Shown here: positions 8,726 to 17,842 of the stretch, in pieces
Layout: each line of letters starts with the position of its first letter
How positions within the stretch are numbered: the first letter of the stretch is position 1
Assembly (NCBI GenBank): GCA_025924815.1
Contig: JAICHQ010000002.1
Coordinates: 13,801-77,800 of the forward strand
Direction: 5' to 3'
DNA: 64,000 nucleotides
From: Nocardioides sp.
Lineage (GTDB): Bacteria; Actinomycetota; Actinomycetes; Propionibacteriales; Nocardioidaceae
Program-made: the position numbers and the translations under genes
The notes under the pieces: model-generated
Databases searched by the model: none
Told to the model about the DNA's origin: nothing
Seen by the model: the letters and a program-made list of their open reading frames with translations, nothing else

Positions 8726-10618
8726 ATGGCGGTCATGGGGACCCGCTGCCTGTCGATCGTCGTCGTGTCGATGCTGGTGCCGGCCCTGGCGGGCTGTGGC
8801 GGCGGCGACCAGGGGCCCGAGCCCGACGCGACCGCCGACGCCCTGGCCTCCGCGCTCTCCTCCGGGGACCTCTCGCAGGTGGCCTTCGCGGGTGCGTCCG
8901 ACGGCGAGGTGCAGCGCGAGTACGCCGCGACGGTACGCGGCCTGGGCGACGCGAAGCCGACGGTGACCGTCGGCTCGGTGTCCGCGGGCGGTGACGCCTC
9001 GGCGACCGCGACCCTCGACTGGTCGTGGCCGATCGGCTCCGGCTGGTCCTACTCCACGGTGGCGCCGCTGAGGGCCACGGCGGGTGGCGACGCGTGGGAG
9101 GTCGCCTGGAAGCCCGACATCGTCGAGCCCTCGCTCAAGCCCGGCGAACGCCTCGACGTATCGACCGAGCCGGCGAAGCGCGCCGACATCGTCGGGGCGC
9201 GCGGGGTGGCCCTGGTCACCGACCGGCCGGTGGTGCGGTTCGGCGTCGACCGGGTCAAGGTCCCGGCCTCCCGGGCGGCCGACTCCGCACGGCGGCTGGC
9301 GCGGCTCGTCGGCATCGACGTCGCGCCGTACGTCAAGCAGGTCGAGGCGGCCGGCCCGAAGGCCTTCGTGCAGGCGATCGCGTTCCGCAAGAACGAGGTG
9401 CCGGCGTCGGTGACCTCGCAGTACGTCCGCATCAAGGGGGTCGACGCGATCGCCGACCGGATCCCACTGGGCATCACCCGGGAGTTCGCGGCGCCGATCC
9501 TGGGCACCGTCGGTCCGGTGACCGCCGAGATCATCAAGGACCATCCGGGCGTCTACGCCCCGGGAGACGAGGCGGGCCTGTCCGGCCTCGAGGCGAGGTA
9601 CGACGAGCAGCTGCGCGGCTCGCCGGGGGTCGTGGTCTCGACCACGGGCGGCAGCAGCGACCGGACGCTGTTCACAACGCCGGCCGTCGACGGCAGCCCC
9701 CTGCGGCTGACGCTCGACGCGCGCCTGCAGCTGCTCGCCGAGCACATCGTGAGCACCGTCGGGCCGGCCAGCGCGATCGTGGCGATCAGGCCGTCGACGG
9801 GGGCCGTCGTGGCCGCGGCGAACGGCCCGGGGAACAACGGCTACAACGACGCGACGTACGGCCGCTTCGCGCCGGGGTCGACCTTCAAGACCGTCTCGTC
9901 GCTGGCCCTGCTCCGGGCCGGACAGACCCCCTCGTCGCCGATCGACTGCCCGACCGGCGTGACCGTCGACGGCAAGGTCTTCACCAACGACAGCTTCTAC
10001 CCGCCGAGCGCCAACGGCCGGATCACGCTGGCCACGGCGCTGGCCAACTCCTGCAACACCGCGTTCATCAACGAGCGGACGAGGCTCGGCCCCCACGACC
10101 TGGTCGACGCCGCCGCGACGCTGGGCATGGGAGTCGACCACGACCTCGGGTTCCCGGCGTACTTCGGCAACGTGGTTCCGCCGGCGTCGGAGACGACGAA
10201 GGCGGCCGACATGATCGGCCAGGGCCAGATCCTCGCCTCGCCGATGACGATGGCGACGGTGATGGCGTCGGTGGTGGCCGGGCACACGGTGGTGCCTCAG
10301 CTGGTCACCTCGGTGACCCCGGCGAAGACCTCCGCGGATCCGATGACGGGCGGCCAGGCCGCCACCCTGCGGGGGATGCTGCGCGGTGTCGTGCTGAACG
10401 GGACCGGCGCCGGCCTGCGCGACGTACCGGGTCCTCCGGTGATCGCGAAGACCGGCACGGCCGAGTTCGACCGCGACGGGAAGCGGCTGACCCACGCCTG
10501 GATGGTCGCCGGCCAGGGCGATCTCGCCGTGTGCGCCTTCGTCGACGTGGGGCAGACCGGGGCCGGCGTCGCCGGGCCGCTGCTGGAGGAGTTCCTGCGA
10601 GGGGCGCACGTGCGCTGA
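8726..10618 (+). CDS. Penicillin-binding transpeptidase lipoprotein with NTF2/MecA-like N-terminus (alternative start 8735)
   Basis: Lipobox LAGC; SxxK (STFK), SxN (SCN) and KTG motifs. Confidence 0.92.
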   Translation: MAVMGTRCLSIVVVSMLVPALAGCGGGDQGPEPDATADALASALSSGDLSQVAFAGASDGEVQREYAATVRGLGDAKPTVTVGSVSAGGDASATATLDWSWPIGSGWSYSTVAPLRATAGGDAWEVAWKPDIVEPSLKPGERLDVSTEPAKRADIVGARGVALVTDRPVVRFGVDRVKVPASRAADSARRLARLVGIDVAPYVKQVEAAGPKAFVQAIAFRKNEVPASVTSQYVRIKGVDAIADRIPLGITREFAAPILGTVGPVTAEIIKDHPGVYAPGDEAGLSGLEARYDEQLRGSPGVVVSTTGGSSDRTLFTTPAVDGSPLRLTLDARLQLLAEHIVSTVGPASAIVAIRPSTGAVVAAANGPGNNGYNDATYGRFAPGSTFKTVSSLALLRAGQTPSSPIDCPTGVTVDGKVFTNDSFYPPSANGRITLATALANSCNTAFINERTRLGPHDLVDAAATLGMGVDHDLGFPAYFGNVVPPASETTKAADMIGQGQILASPMTMATVMASVVAGHTVVPQLVTSVTPAKTSADPMTGGQAATLRGMLRGVVLNGTGAGLRDVPGPPVIAKTGTAEFDRDGKRLTHAWMVAGQGDLAVCAFVDVGQTGAGVAGPLLEEFLRGAHVR

Positions 10619-10676
10619 GATCCGGCCCGCACGGCGGAGTCTCAGCAGCCCCAGCTGCCCCAGGGCGTACGGGTTC

Positions 10677-10744
10677 CTGTCACTTCGTGGCCGTTGCAAC
10701 GCCTACTAAGTGCAGGTTTCCCCGGACGTCCGGGGAAACCTGCA
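10677..10744. repeat. Composite palindromic element including perfect 34-bp palindrome TGCAGGTTTCCCCGGACGTCCGGGGAAACCTGCA (10711-10744)
   Basis: Read directly; lies between the convergent pbp and fusA2 genes. Confidence 0.8.
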
Positions 10745-10749
10745 GCCCC

Positions 10750-12843
10750 CTACCGCTCCCGGGTGAGGACGCTCCGGGCGACGTCCTCGGGCATCGGCTC
10801 GTAGTGGCCGAAGGAGCGGGTGAACGAGCCGGCGCCGTGGGTGGAGGAGCGCAGGTCGACGGCGTAGCGCACCAGCTCGGTCTGGGGCACCTCGGCGTGC
10901 ACGACCGTCCGGTCGTCGCCGACCTTGTCGGTGCCGAGCAGCCGCGCCCGGCGCGACGACAGGTCGCTCATGGCCGCGCCGATGTGCTCGTCGGGTACGA
11001 CGACGGCGACCAGGTCGTAGGGCTCGAGCATGGTCACCGCGGCGGCGGCCGCGGCCTCGCGCAGGGCGAGCCCGCCGGCCATCTGGAAGGCCATGTCCGA
11101 GGAGTCGACACTGTGCGCCTTGCCGTCGGTCAGCGTGACCCGCAGGTCGACCATCGGGTAGCCCGCACGCACGCCGCGCTCCATCTGCGCACGCACACCC
11201 TTCTCGACCGACGGGATGAACTGCCGGGGTACGGCGCCGCCGACCACCTTGTCGACGAACTCGAAGCCCGAGCCCTCCGGCAGCGGCTCGACCTCGATGC
11301 GGCACACGGCGTACTGCCCGTGCCCACCCGACTGCTTCACGTGCCGGCCCAGGCCCTGCCCGGACGCGCCGAAGGTCTCGCGCAACGACACCAGGAACGG
11401 CTCGGTCTCGACGTGGACGGCGTACCGCTCGGCGAGGCGGGAGATCAACACGTCGGCGTGGGCCTCGCCCATGGTCCACAGCACCAGCTGGTGCGTCTCG
11501 GCGTTGTTCTCGACCCGCAGGCTCGGGTCCTCGGCGGCGAGCCGGCCCAGCGCCTGCGACAGCTTGTCCTCGTCGGCCTTGCTCCGGGCCACGATCGCCA
11601 CCGGCAGCAGCGGCTCGGGCATCGACCACGGCCTGAGCACCCGCGGCTCCTCGATCGACGACAGGGTGTCGCCGGTCTCGGCCCGGCTCAGCTTGCCGAT
11701 CGCGCACAGGTCGCCCGCGACGACCGCGGTCGCCGGCACGTGCTGGCCGCCGAACGGGTAGGACAGCGAGCCGACCTTCTCGTCCTCGTCGTGGTCGGCG
11801 TGGGTCGAGTCGGAGAAGAACGACGTGACGTGGCCCGAGACGTGCACCGGCTGATCGGCGGTCAGGGTGCCGGAGAAGACCCGCACCAGGCTGACCCGGC
11901 CGACGTACGGATCGCTGGTGGTCTTGACGACCTCGGCGACCAGCACGCCCGACGAGTCGCCGGTGATGGCCTCGGCCTCCTTGCCGGCGGGGGTGAAGAC
12001 GTCGGGTGAGGGGTGCTCCCGCGGGGACGGGAAGCCGTCGACGGCAAGGTCGAGGAGCTCGGTGCAGCCGACGCCGCTCATCGAGCACACCGGTACGACG
12101 GGATGGAAGCTCGCGCGCGCCACCGCCTTCTCGAGGTCGTCGGTGAGGCTCTCGTGGGCGATCTCCTCGCCGCCGAGGTAGCGGTCCATCAGTGTCTCGT
12201 CCTCGGACTCCTCGATGATCCCCTCGATCAGCGCGCTGCGCACGTCGCCGTGCTCCACGTCGTCGGTCAGCAGGTCGACCAGGCCCGTCACCTGGGCGCC
12301 CGACCGGACGGGCACGTACAAGGGCAGCACCTTGTCACCGAACGCCGTCTGCGCCGCGGACAGCACGCCGTCGTGGTCGGCGCGCGCCTGGTCGAGCTTG
12401 GTGATCACCACGGCCCGCGGCATGCCCACCTCCGCGCACTCGCGCCACAGGGCGGTGGTGGCGTCGTCGAGGGCTTCGCTGGCGGCGATCACGAACAGCG
12501 CGCAGTCGGCGGCTCGGAGCCCCGCCCGCACCTCGCCGACGAAGTCGGCGTACCCGGGGGTGTCGACGAGGTTGATCTTGGTCTCGCGGTGGACGAGGGA
12601 TGCGATCGCCAGCGAGACGGACCGTCCGTGCGCCTTCTCGGAGTCCTCGAAGTCGCACACCGTGGAGCCGTCCAGGATGCTGCCGGCTCGGGGGATGGCG
12701 CCGGCGGAGGCGAGCAGCGTCTCGACCAGAGTGGTCTTCCCGGACCCTCCCGGTCCGACGAGCACCACGTTGCGGATCCGGTCGGGGCTGCTCGCCCCGA
12801 GATCTTGGCCCGCCGCTCGACGCCCGCCCGCCTTGTCCGCCAT
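10750..12843 (-). CDS. fusA2: Elongation factor G-like protein EF-G2
   Basis: GPGGSGKT, DTPG, TKLD, KQSGGHGQY, HSVDSSDMAF, LEP. GGAGG RBS. Confidence 0.93.
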   Translation of the reverse strand: MADKAGGRRAAGQDLGASSPDRIRNVVLVGPGGSGKTTLVETLLASAGAIPRAGSILDGSTVCDFEDSEKAHGRSVSLAIASLVHRETKINLVDTPGYADFVGEVRAGLRAADCALFVIAASEALDDATTALWRECAEVGMPRAVVITKLDQARADHDGVLSAAQTAFGDKVLPLYVPVRSGAQVTGLVDLLTDDVEHGDVRSALIEGIIEESEDETLMDRYLGGEEIAHESLTDDLEKAVARASFHPVVPVCSMSGVGCTELLDLAVDGFPSPREHPSPDVFTPAGKEAEAITGDSSGVLVAEVVKTTSDPYVGRVSLVRVFSGTLTADQPVHVSGHVTSFFSDSTHADHDEDEKVGSLSYPFGGQHVPATAVVAGDLCAIGKLSRAETGDTLSSIEEPRVLRPWSMPEPLLPVAIVARSKADEDKLSQALGRLAAEDPSLRVENNAETHQLVLWTMGEAHADVLISRLAERYAVHVETEPFLVSLRETFGASGQGLGRHVKQSGGHGQYAVCRIEVEPLPEGSGFEFVDKVVGGAVPRQFIPSVEKGVRAQMERGVRAGYPMVDLRVTLTDGKAHSVDSSDMAFQMAGGLALREAAAAAAVTMLEPYDLVAVVVPDEHIGAAMSDLSSRRARLLGTDKVGDDRTVVHAEVPQTELVRYAVDLRSSTHGAGSFTRSFGHYEPMPEDVARSVLTRER

Positions 12844-13131
12844 GTCTGCCTCCAGGTGTGTACCCACCACCGGCGGCCGTCCGACCGCCGAGTCGGGATC
12901 GATGGGGTCCAAACAACTCCTGTCGGGCCCGTAAGACAAGGGGCTACGGCGAGCCCGTGGGCGGCACGGCGAAGGCGCCCGTGAACGGGGCGAGCCCCTC
13001 GCGGCATGGGGTCAGCGAGGGGCTCGATATCGTCCGAGGTGCATGCCCCCTGACGACCACGACAGCGTGTCAGAGTCCGAACGGCCGCGTGGACACTTTC
13101 GACAAATCTCACCCAGTGACAGGCTGATTCC

Positions 13132-14589
13132 ATGACTGGACTAGACCTCTTGGCTAAGACCGGCTCCCGGGGACTGTTCATCGGGGGGGTGTGGCGCGAG
13201 TCGCGCACCGGTGCACGGTTCGAGGTCCACGACCCGGCCGACGAGTCGGTGATCACCGACGTGGCCGACGGGGACGCCCAGGACGCGATGGCGGCGCTCG
13301 ACGCGGCGGTCGCGGTGCAGGCCGAGTGGGCGGCCACGGCGCCCCGTGAGCGGGGCGAGATCCTGCGCCGTTCGTTCGAGGCGATCATGGACCAGGCGGA
13401 CGACTTCGCCGAGCTGATCAGCCTCGAGATGGGCAAGACGCTGGCCGAGGCCAGGGGCGAGGTGACCTACGGCGCGGAGTTCTTCCGCTGGTTCGCCGAG
13501 GAGGCCGTGCGCATCCACGGCCGCTGGATGCAGGCGCCGGCGGGCGGGTCGCGGCTGCTGACGATCCGCAAGCCGGTCGGCCCCTGCCTGTTCATCACGC
13601 CGTGGAACTTCCCGCTGGCGATGGGCACCCGGAAGATCGGCCCGGCCGTCGCAGCCGGCTGCACCATGGTGGTCAAGCCGGCGGAGCTCACGCCGCTGAC
13701 GATGCTCGCGTTGGCCGACGCGCTGGCCGAGGCCGGCCTGCCCGGTGGCGTCCTGAACGTCGTCACCACGTCGAACTCCAAGGAGCTCAGCGCGACGCTG
13801 ATGGCCGACGACCGGCTGCGGAAGGTGAGCTTCACCGGGTCGACCCCGGTGGGGAAGGTGATCGTGCGGCAGTCGGCGGACCGGCTGCAGCGGGTCTCGA
13901 TGGAGCTCGGCGGCAACGCGCCCTTCATCGTCTTCGACGACGCCGACGTCGCCGCGGCCGTCGAGGGGGCGATGATCGCCAAGATGCGCAACATGGGCGA
14001 GGCCTGCACGGCCGCCAACCGCTTCCTGGTCCACGAGTCCGTGGCCCGCGAGTTCGCCGACCAGCTCGGGGAGCGGATGGGTGCCCTGCGGACCGGTCGC
14101 GGCCAGAGCGACGGCACCGACGTCGGCCCCCTGATCAACGCCGACGCGGTCGAGTCGGTCGGCCGGCTGGTCAGCGACGCCGTGCACGACGGCGCCCAGC
14201 TGGTCACCGGTGGGTCGGCGCCCGACGGGCCGGGCCACTTCTACGCACCCACGGTGCTGCTCGGCGTCCCGGCCGAGGCCCGCATCGTCTCGGAGGAGAT
14301 CTTCGGCCCGGTCGCCCCCATCACCACCTTCACCTCCGACGAGGAGGCGGTCGCCCTGGCGAACGCCACCGAGTACGGCCTCGCGTCGTACGTCTACACC
14401 CGCGACCTGGCCCGGACGATCAAGCTCGCCGAGGCGCTCCAGTACGGCATGGTGGGGGTGAACACCGGCCTGGTGTCCAACCCGGCCGCGCCGTTCGGCG
14501 GGGTCAAGGCCAGCGGGTTCGGTCGCGAGGGTGGCTTCGAGGGGATCGAGGAGTACCTCGACACGACGTACGTCGCGATCCCCGTCTGA
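13132..14589 (+). CDS. gabD: NAD(P)-dependent succinate-semialdehyde dehydrogenase
   Basis: ITPWNFP, FTGST, ELGGNAP, GEACTA, EEIFGP, PFGGVKASG.GREG. Confidence 0.9.
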   Translation: MTGLDLLAKTGSRGLFIGGVWRESRTGARFEVHDPADESVITDVADGDAQDAMAALDAAVAVQAEWAATAPRERGEILRRSFEAIMDQADDFAELISLEMGKTLAEARGEVTYGAEFFRWFAEEAVRIHGRWMQAPAGGSRLLTIRKPVGPCLFITPWNFPLAMGTRKIGPAVAAGCTMVVKPAELTPLTMLALADALAEAGLPGGVLNVVTTSNSKELSATLMADDRLRKVSFTGSTPVGKVIVRQSADRLQRVSMELGGNAPFIVFDDADVAAAVEGAMIAKMRNMGEACTAANRFLVHESVAREFADQLGERMGALRTGRGQSDGTDVGPLINADAVESVGRLVSDAVHDGAQLVTGGSAPDGPGHFYAPTVLLGVPAEARIVSEEIFGPVAPITTFTSDEEAVALANATEYGLASYVYTRDLARTIKLAEALQYGMVGVNTGLVSNPAAPFGGVKASGFGREGGFEGIEEYLDTTYVAIPV

Positions 14590-14607
14590 GTCGCGATCCC
14601 CGTCTGA
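14572..14607 (+). repeat. Perfect 18-bp tandem duplication GTCGCGATCCCCGTCTGA spanning the gabD stop
   Basis: Copies at 14572-14589 and 14590-14607. Confidence 0.9.
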
Positions 14608-14618
14608 GCGGAGCGCGA

Positions 14619-15605
14619 TCAGCGGGTCTGGCGCGGCTGGGCCAGCGCGTCGGCCAGCTCGGTGCGGGAGGTGATCGAGAGCTTGCGCAGGATGTGGGAC
14701 ACGTGCCACTCGACGGACTTCACGCTCACCCCGAGCTCGGCGGCGACCTCGCGGTTGCGCTTGCCGACCACGACCAGCTGCGCGACCCGGCGCTCGGCGG
14801 CGCTCAGCTCGGCCAGGCGGCCCGGCAGCTCGCCGTCGGGCGCCTCGCCGAGGCGCTCGAGCAGCCAGCGGATCCTCGACAGGAGCGGGTTCAGCTCCTC
14901 CTGACGGGCGTACTTCTCGGCGCCCCGGAGCAGGTCGACGGCGCGCTCGGACTCCTCCGGATGCAACAGCAGGATCCACGCGGCCAGGTCGGTACGGATC
15001 TGCGCGTCCAGCCTCGCAGCCCCGGAACCGTGCAACAGCTCGAGCGCCTCGTCGAGCAGGGCGACCCGGTCGTCTGTCGGCGCGATCGCGGCGCGGGTGC
15101 GCAGGGCGGCGGCGACGGCGTACGTCGAGTCGAGGCTGCGCGCCTCGGCGAGCTCCGCCTCCACCAGCGCCGTCGCCCGGGCGATCTGGCCGTGTCCCGC
15201 GACCACCCGGGCCAGACCGCTGCGCCAGGGCAGCGAGACGTGGGTGCGGGTGCTCGCGAGCTCCTCGCCGGCGCGCTCGTAGTACGACACCGCCTGGTCG
15301 CTGTACCCACGGGCGGCGGCGAACTCGCCGAGGCCGAACGACGCGGTGGCGCCCACGACCCCCCGCACGCGCATCAGGTTCGTCAGGTCGCGGGAGTACG
15401 TCGCGGCGCCCCGCAGGTCGCCGAGCGCGAGCTTGGCGAGCAGCCCGGTCAGGGCCAGGCTCACCCGTCCGGGGTCGTCGAGGCCGTCGCCGTGGCGAGC
15501 ATGGTCGACCGCCTCGATGGCGTCGCGGATCCGGCCCTGCGACAACATGTCGCGGGCATGGATCACAACACGGGCGGAGTCGTCCGCACGAGAGTCTACG
15601 AACAT
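14619..15605 (-). CDS. LuxR C-terminal HTH transcriptional regulator with helical (TPR-like) N-terminus
   Basis: LSAAERRVAQL...NREVAAELGVSVKSVEWHVSHILRKL. Start uncertain (15605 or 15635). Confidence 0.85.
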   Translation of the reverse strand: MFVDSRADDSARVVIHARDMLSQGRIRDAIEAVDHARHGDGLDDPGRVSLALTGLLAKLALGDLRGAATYSRDLTNLMRVRGVVGATASFGLGEFAAARGYSDQAVSYYERAGEELASTRTHVSLPWRSGLARVVAGHGQIARATALVEAELAEARSLDSTYAVAAALRTRAAIAPTDDRVALLDEALELLHGSGAARLDAQIRTDLAAWILLLHPEESERAVDLLRGAEKYARQEELNPLLSRIRWLLERLGEAPDGELPGRLAELSAAERRVAQLVVVGKRNREVAAELGVSVKSVEWHVSHILRKLSITSRTELADALAQPRQTR

Positions 15606-15687
15606 GCTTGAGTCCGCCCCCCTGGGCTCGAGCATGTAAGCAAGGTAAGGGGTCGCGGCACCCTCCGGATAGGGCCGAGCGTCCGAT

Positions 15688-17226
15688 TTAACGAACGGTT
15701 GTCCTCGCGAGCGCGAGCGCACGGCGCGCCGCCGGCTCCGCGCGAGCCCGGTCGACCGCCACCAGGCCGAGGCGGGTACGCCGGTCGAGGAGGTCGGCGA
15801 CGTCGTGGGCACCTTCGTGGGTCACGCCGAACACCAGCTCGGCGAGGGTGACCGCGAGGCCGTCGGCGATCGGCGCCAGCAGCTCGTCGTCGGCGAGCCC
15901 GGACGCGTCGCGGGCCGCCGCCAGCACCAGGCCGGCGTCCGTGCCGAAGCGCCGGACCAACCGGGGCGAGGGCAGGCGCTCGGCCAGGCGCGCGAGCTCG
16001 GTCCGCGGAGCGGCTCCGACGAGGGGCAGCCGCGCGGTGGTGCACGGCCCGGCGACGAGGCCGGTCGAGCGGACCACGGCGTCGAGGGCGTCCTGGGCCA
16101 TCCGGCGGTACGTCGTGAGCTTGCCGCCGACCACCGTGACGACGCCGGTCGAGGAGGTGAGGACGGCGTGACGCCGGGACAGGTCGGAGGTGTGGCCGTC
16201 CGCCCGCAGCAGCGGACGCAGGCCGGCGTACGCCCCGACGACGTCGGACCGGTCCAGGGGACGGGCGAGCGCGGCCGAGGTGGTCTCGACGAGGAAGGAG
16301 ATCTCGGCCTCGCTCGGCTCGGGCACGTCGGGGACCGCACCCTCGACGGGCACGTCGGTGAGCCCGACGTAGACCGAGCCCTCCTTCTGGGGAACGACGT
16401 TGACGAACCGGTTGCGCTGGTCCGGCACCGGCAGGGTCAGCGCGACCCGCAGCCCGGGAAGCGCGTCGCCGCGCAGCACGAGGTGGGTGCCGCGGCTGGG
16501 CCGGAGGTCGACGTCGTCGACGAGCTCGCCGGCCCAGACGCCGGTCGCGTTGATCACCGCGCGGGCGCGGACCTCGTGGGTCGTCCCGGTCAGCTCGTCG
16601 CGCAGCACCGCGCCCCGGCCGTGGAGCTCCACGGCCCGCAGGCGCGTGCGCAGCCGGGCGCCGAGCCCGGCGGCGGTGCGGGCGACGGTGAGGACCAGGC
16701 GGGCGTCGTCCTCGAGCTGGCCGTCCCACGACAGGATGCCGCCGCGGACGCCGGCGCCCAGGACGGGCGCCAGATGGCGGCTCTCGGTGGCCGAGATCCG
16801 CCGCGGACGCGGCAGGGTCTCCGCGGAGGTGCGGGCCGCGGCCCGCAGCAGGTCGCCCGCCCAGATCCCGGCCCGCAGGACCGTCGCCTGCCGGCGGCCG
16901 ATCGCGCCGTCGAGCGGCAGCAGCATCGGCAGCGCATGGGTCAGGTGTGGTGCGGTGACCTCCATCAGGATCCCGCGCTCGACGGCGCTCTCGTGCGCGA
17001 CGCCGACCTGGCCGTTGGCGAGGTAGCGCAGACCGCCGTGCACCAGCTTGCTCGACCAGCGCGACGTCCCGAACGCGAGGTCGTGGGAGTCGACGGCCAG
17101 CACGGACAGCCCCCGGCCGATGGCATCGAGGGCACAGCCCGCGCCGGTGATGCCGAGCCCCACGACCAGGACGTCGACCTCGGGCGGGGCCGAGGCCCAG
17201 CCGGCCCGGATGCGGGTCACGGTCAT
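15688..17226 (-). CDS. glpD: Glycerol-3-phosphate dehydrogenase/oxidase
   Basis: GLGITG, GTSRWSSKLVHGGLRYL, AGLRPL, GGKLTTYR. Confidence 0.92.
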   Translation of the reverse strand: MTVTRIRAGWASAPPEVDVLVVGLGITGAGCALDAIGRGLSVLAVDSHDLAFGTSRWSSKLVHGGLRYLANGQVGVAHESAVERGILMEVTAPHLTHALPMLLPLDGAIGRRQATVLRAGIWAGDLLRAAARTSAETLPRPRRISATESRHLAPVLGAGVRGGILSWDGQLEDDARLVLTVARTAAGLGARLRTRLRAVELHGRGAVLRDELTGTTHEVRARAVINATGVWAGELVDDVDLRPSRGTHLVLRGDALPGLRVALTLPVPDQRNRFVNVVPQKEGSVYVGLTDVPVEGAVPDVPEPSEAEISFLVETTSAALARPLDRSDVVGAYAGLRPLLRADGHTSDLSRRHAVLTSSTGVVTVVGGKLTTYRRMAQDALDAVVRSTGLVAGPCTTARLPLVGAAPRTELARLAERLPSPRLVRRFGTDAGLVLAAARDASGLADDELLAPIADGLAVTLAELVFGVTHEGAHDVADLLDRRTRLGLVAVDRARAEPAARRALALARTTVR

Positions 17227-17825
17227 CGGGCCACCAGGCCGCGGACCAGGTGCTCGAGCTCGGCGTCGAGGTCGTCCTCGCCGACATGGTCGTCGACCAT
17301 CGTGTGGGCGCTCAGTACGAAGCCGTGGGCGGCGAGGAGCAGGGCGCGGGCGATCGTGACCGGGTCGCCGTCGCGCACGCTGCCGTCGCGCTGGCCCTCA
17401 CGGAGGCGTCCGGCGGTCAGCTCGGCGATCGCCTCCTGGCTGCGGCCGCGACGGGTCAGCAGGTAGGGCAGCAGCAGCTCCGGGTCGAGCTCGACGATGC
17501 GCAGGAAGAGCTCGTCGTCACGCAGGGCGCGCGTGGTCGCCACGACCTCGGCCACGATCCGCTCGGCGGCACTCGCCCCGGGGCCGGCGGCGTCATCGGC
17601 CGCCGACACGGCCCGGGCCACGACCTCGCCCCACTCCCGCGTCATCAGGTCGCCGAGCACGGCCGGCATGTCGGGCCACGCGCGGTAGATCGTCATCCGG
17701 CTCACGCCGGCCCGGCGGGCCACCTCGGTCAGCGTCGTCCGCCGCCACCCCACGTCGAGGATGCACGCGCGGGCGGCGTCGAGGTACGCCGCCTGCGGGT
17801 CGACGTTGTGACGAAGTGACGTCAT
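17223..17825 (-). CDS. TetR family regulator
   Basis: TTLTEVARRAGVSRMTIYR HTH. Confidence 0.92.
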   Translation of the reverse strand: MTSLRHNVDPQAAYLDAARACILDVGWRRTTLTEVARRAGVSRMTIYRAWPDMPAVLGDLMTREWGEVVARAVSAADDAAGPGASAAERIVAEVVATTRALRDDELFLRIVELDPELLLPYLLTRRGRSQEAIAELTAGRLREGQRDGSVRDGDPVTIARALLLAAHGFVLSAHTMVDDHVGEDDLDAELEHLVRGLVAR

Positions 17826-17826
17826 A

Positions 17827-17841
17827 TGTCACACTGTAACA
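17827..17841. promoter_or_regulatory. TGTCACA-C-TGTAACA inverted repeat, probable TetR operator
   Basis: Fills the 17-bp gap between divergent start codons. Confidence 0.6.
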
Positions 17842-17842
17842 C

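Noticed and set aside
12900-13075. Possible c-di-GMP, TPP or cobalamin riboswitch
   Set aside because: Diagnostic conserved nucleotides were not found by eye; kept only as an unclassified structured-RNA candidate.
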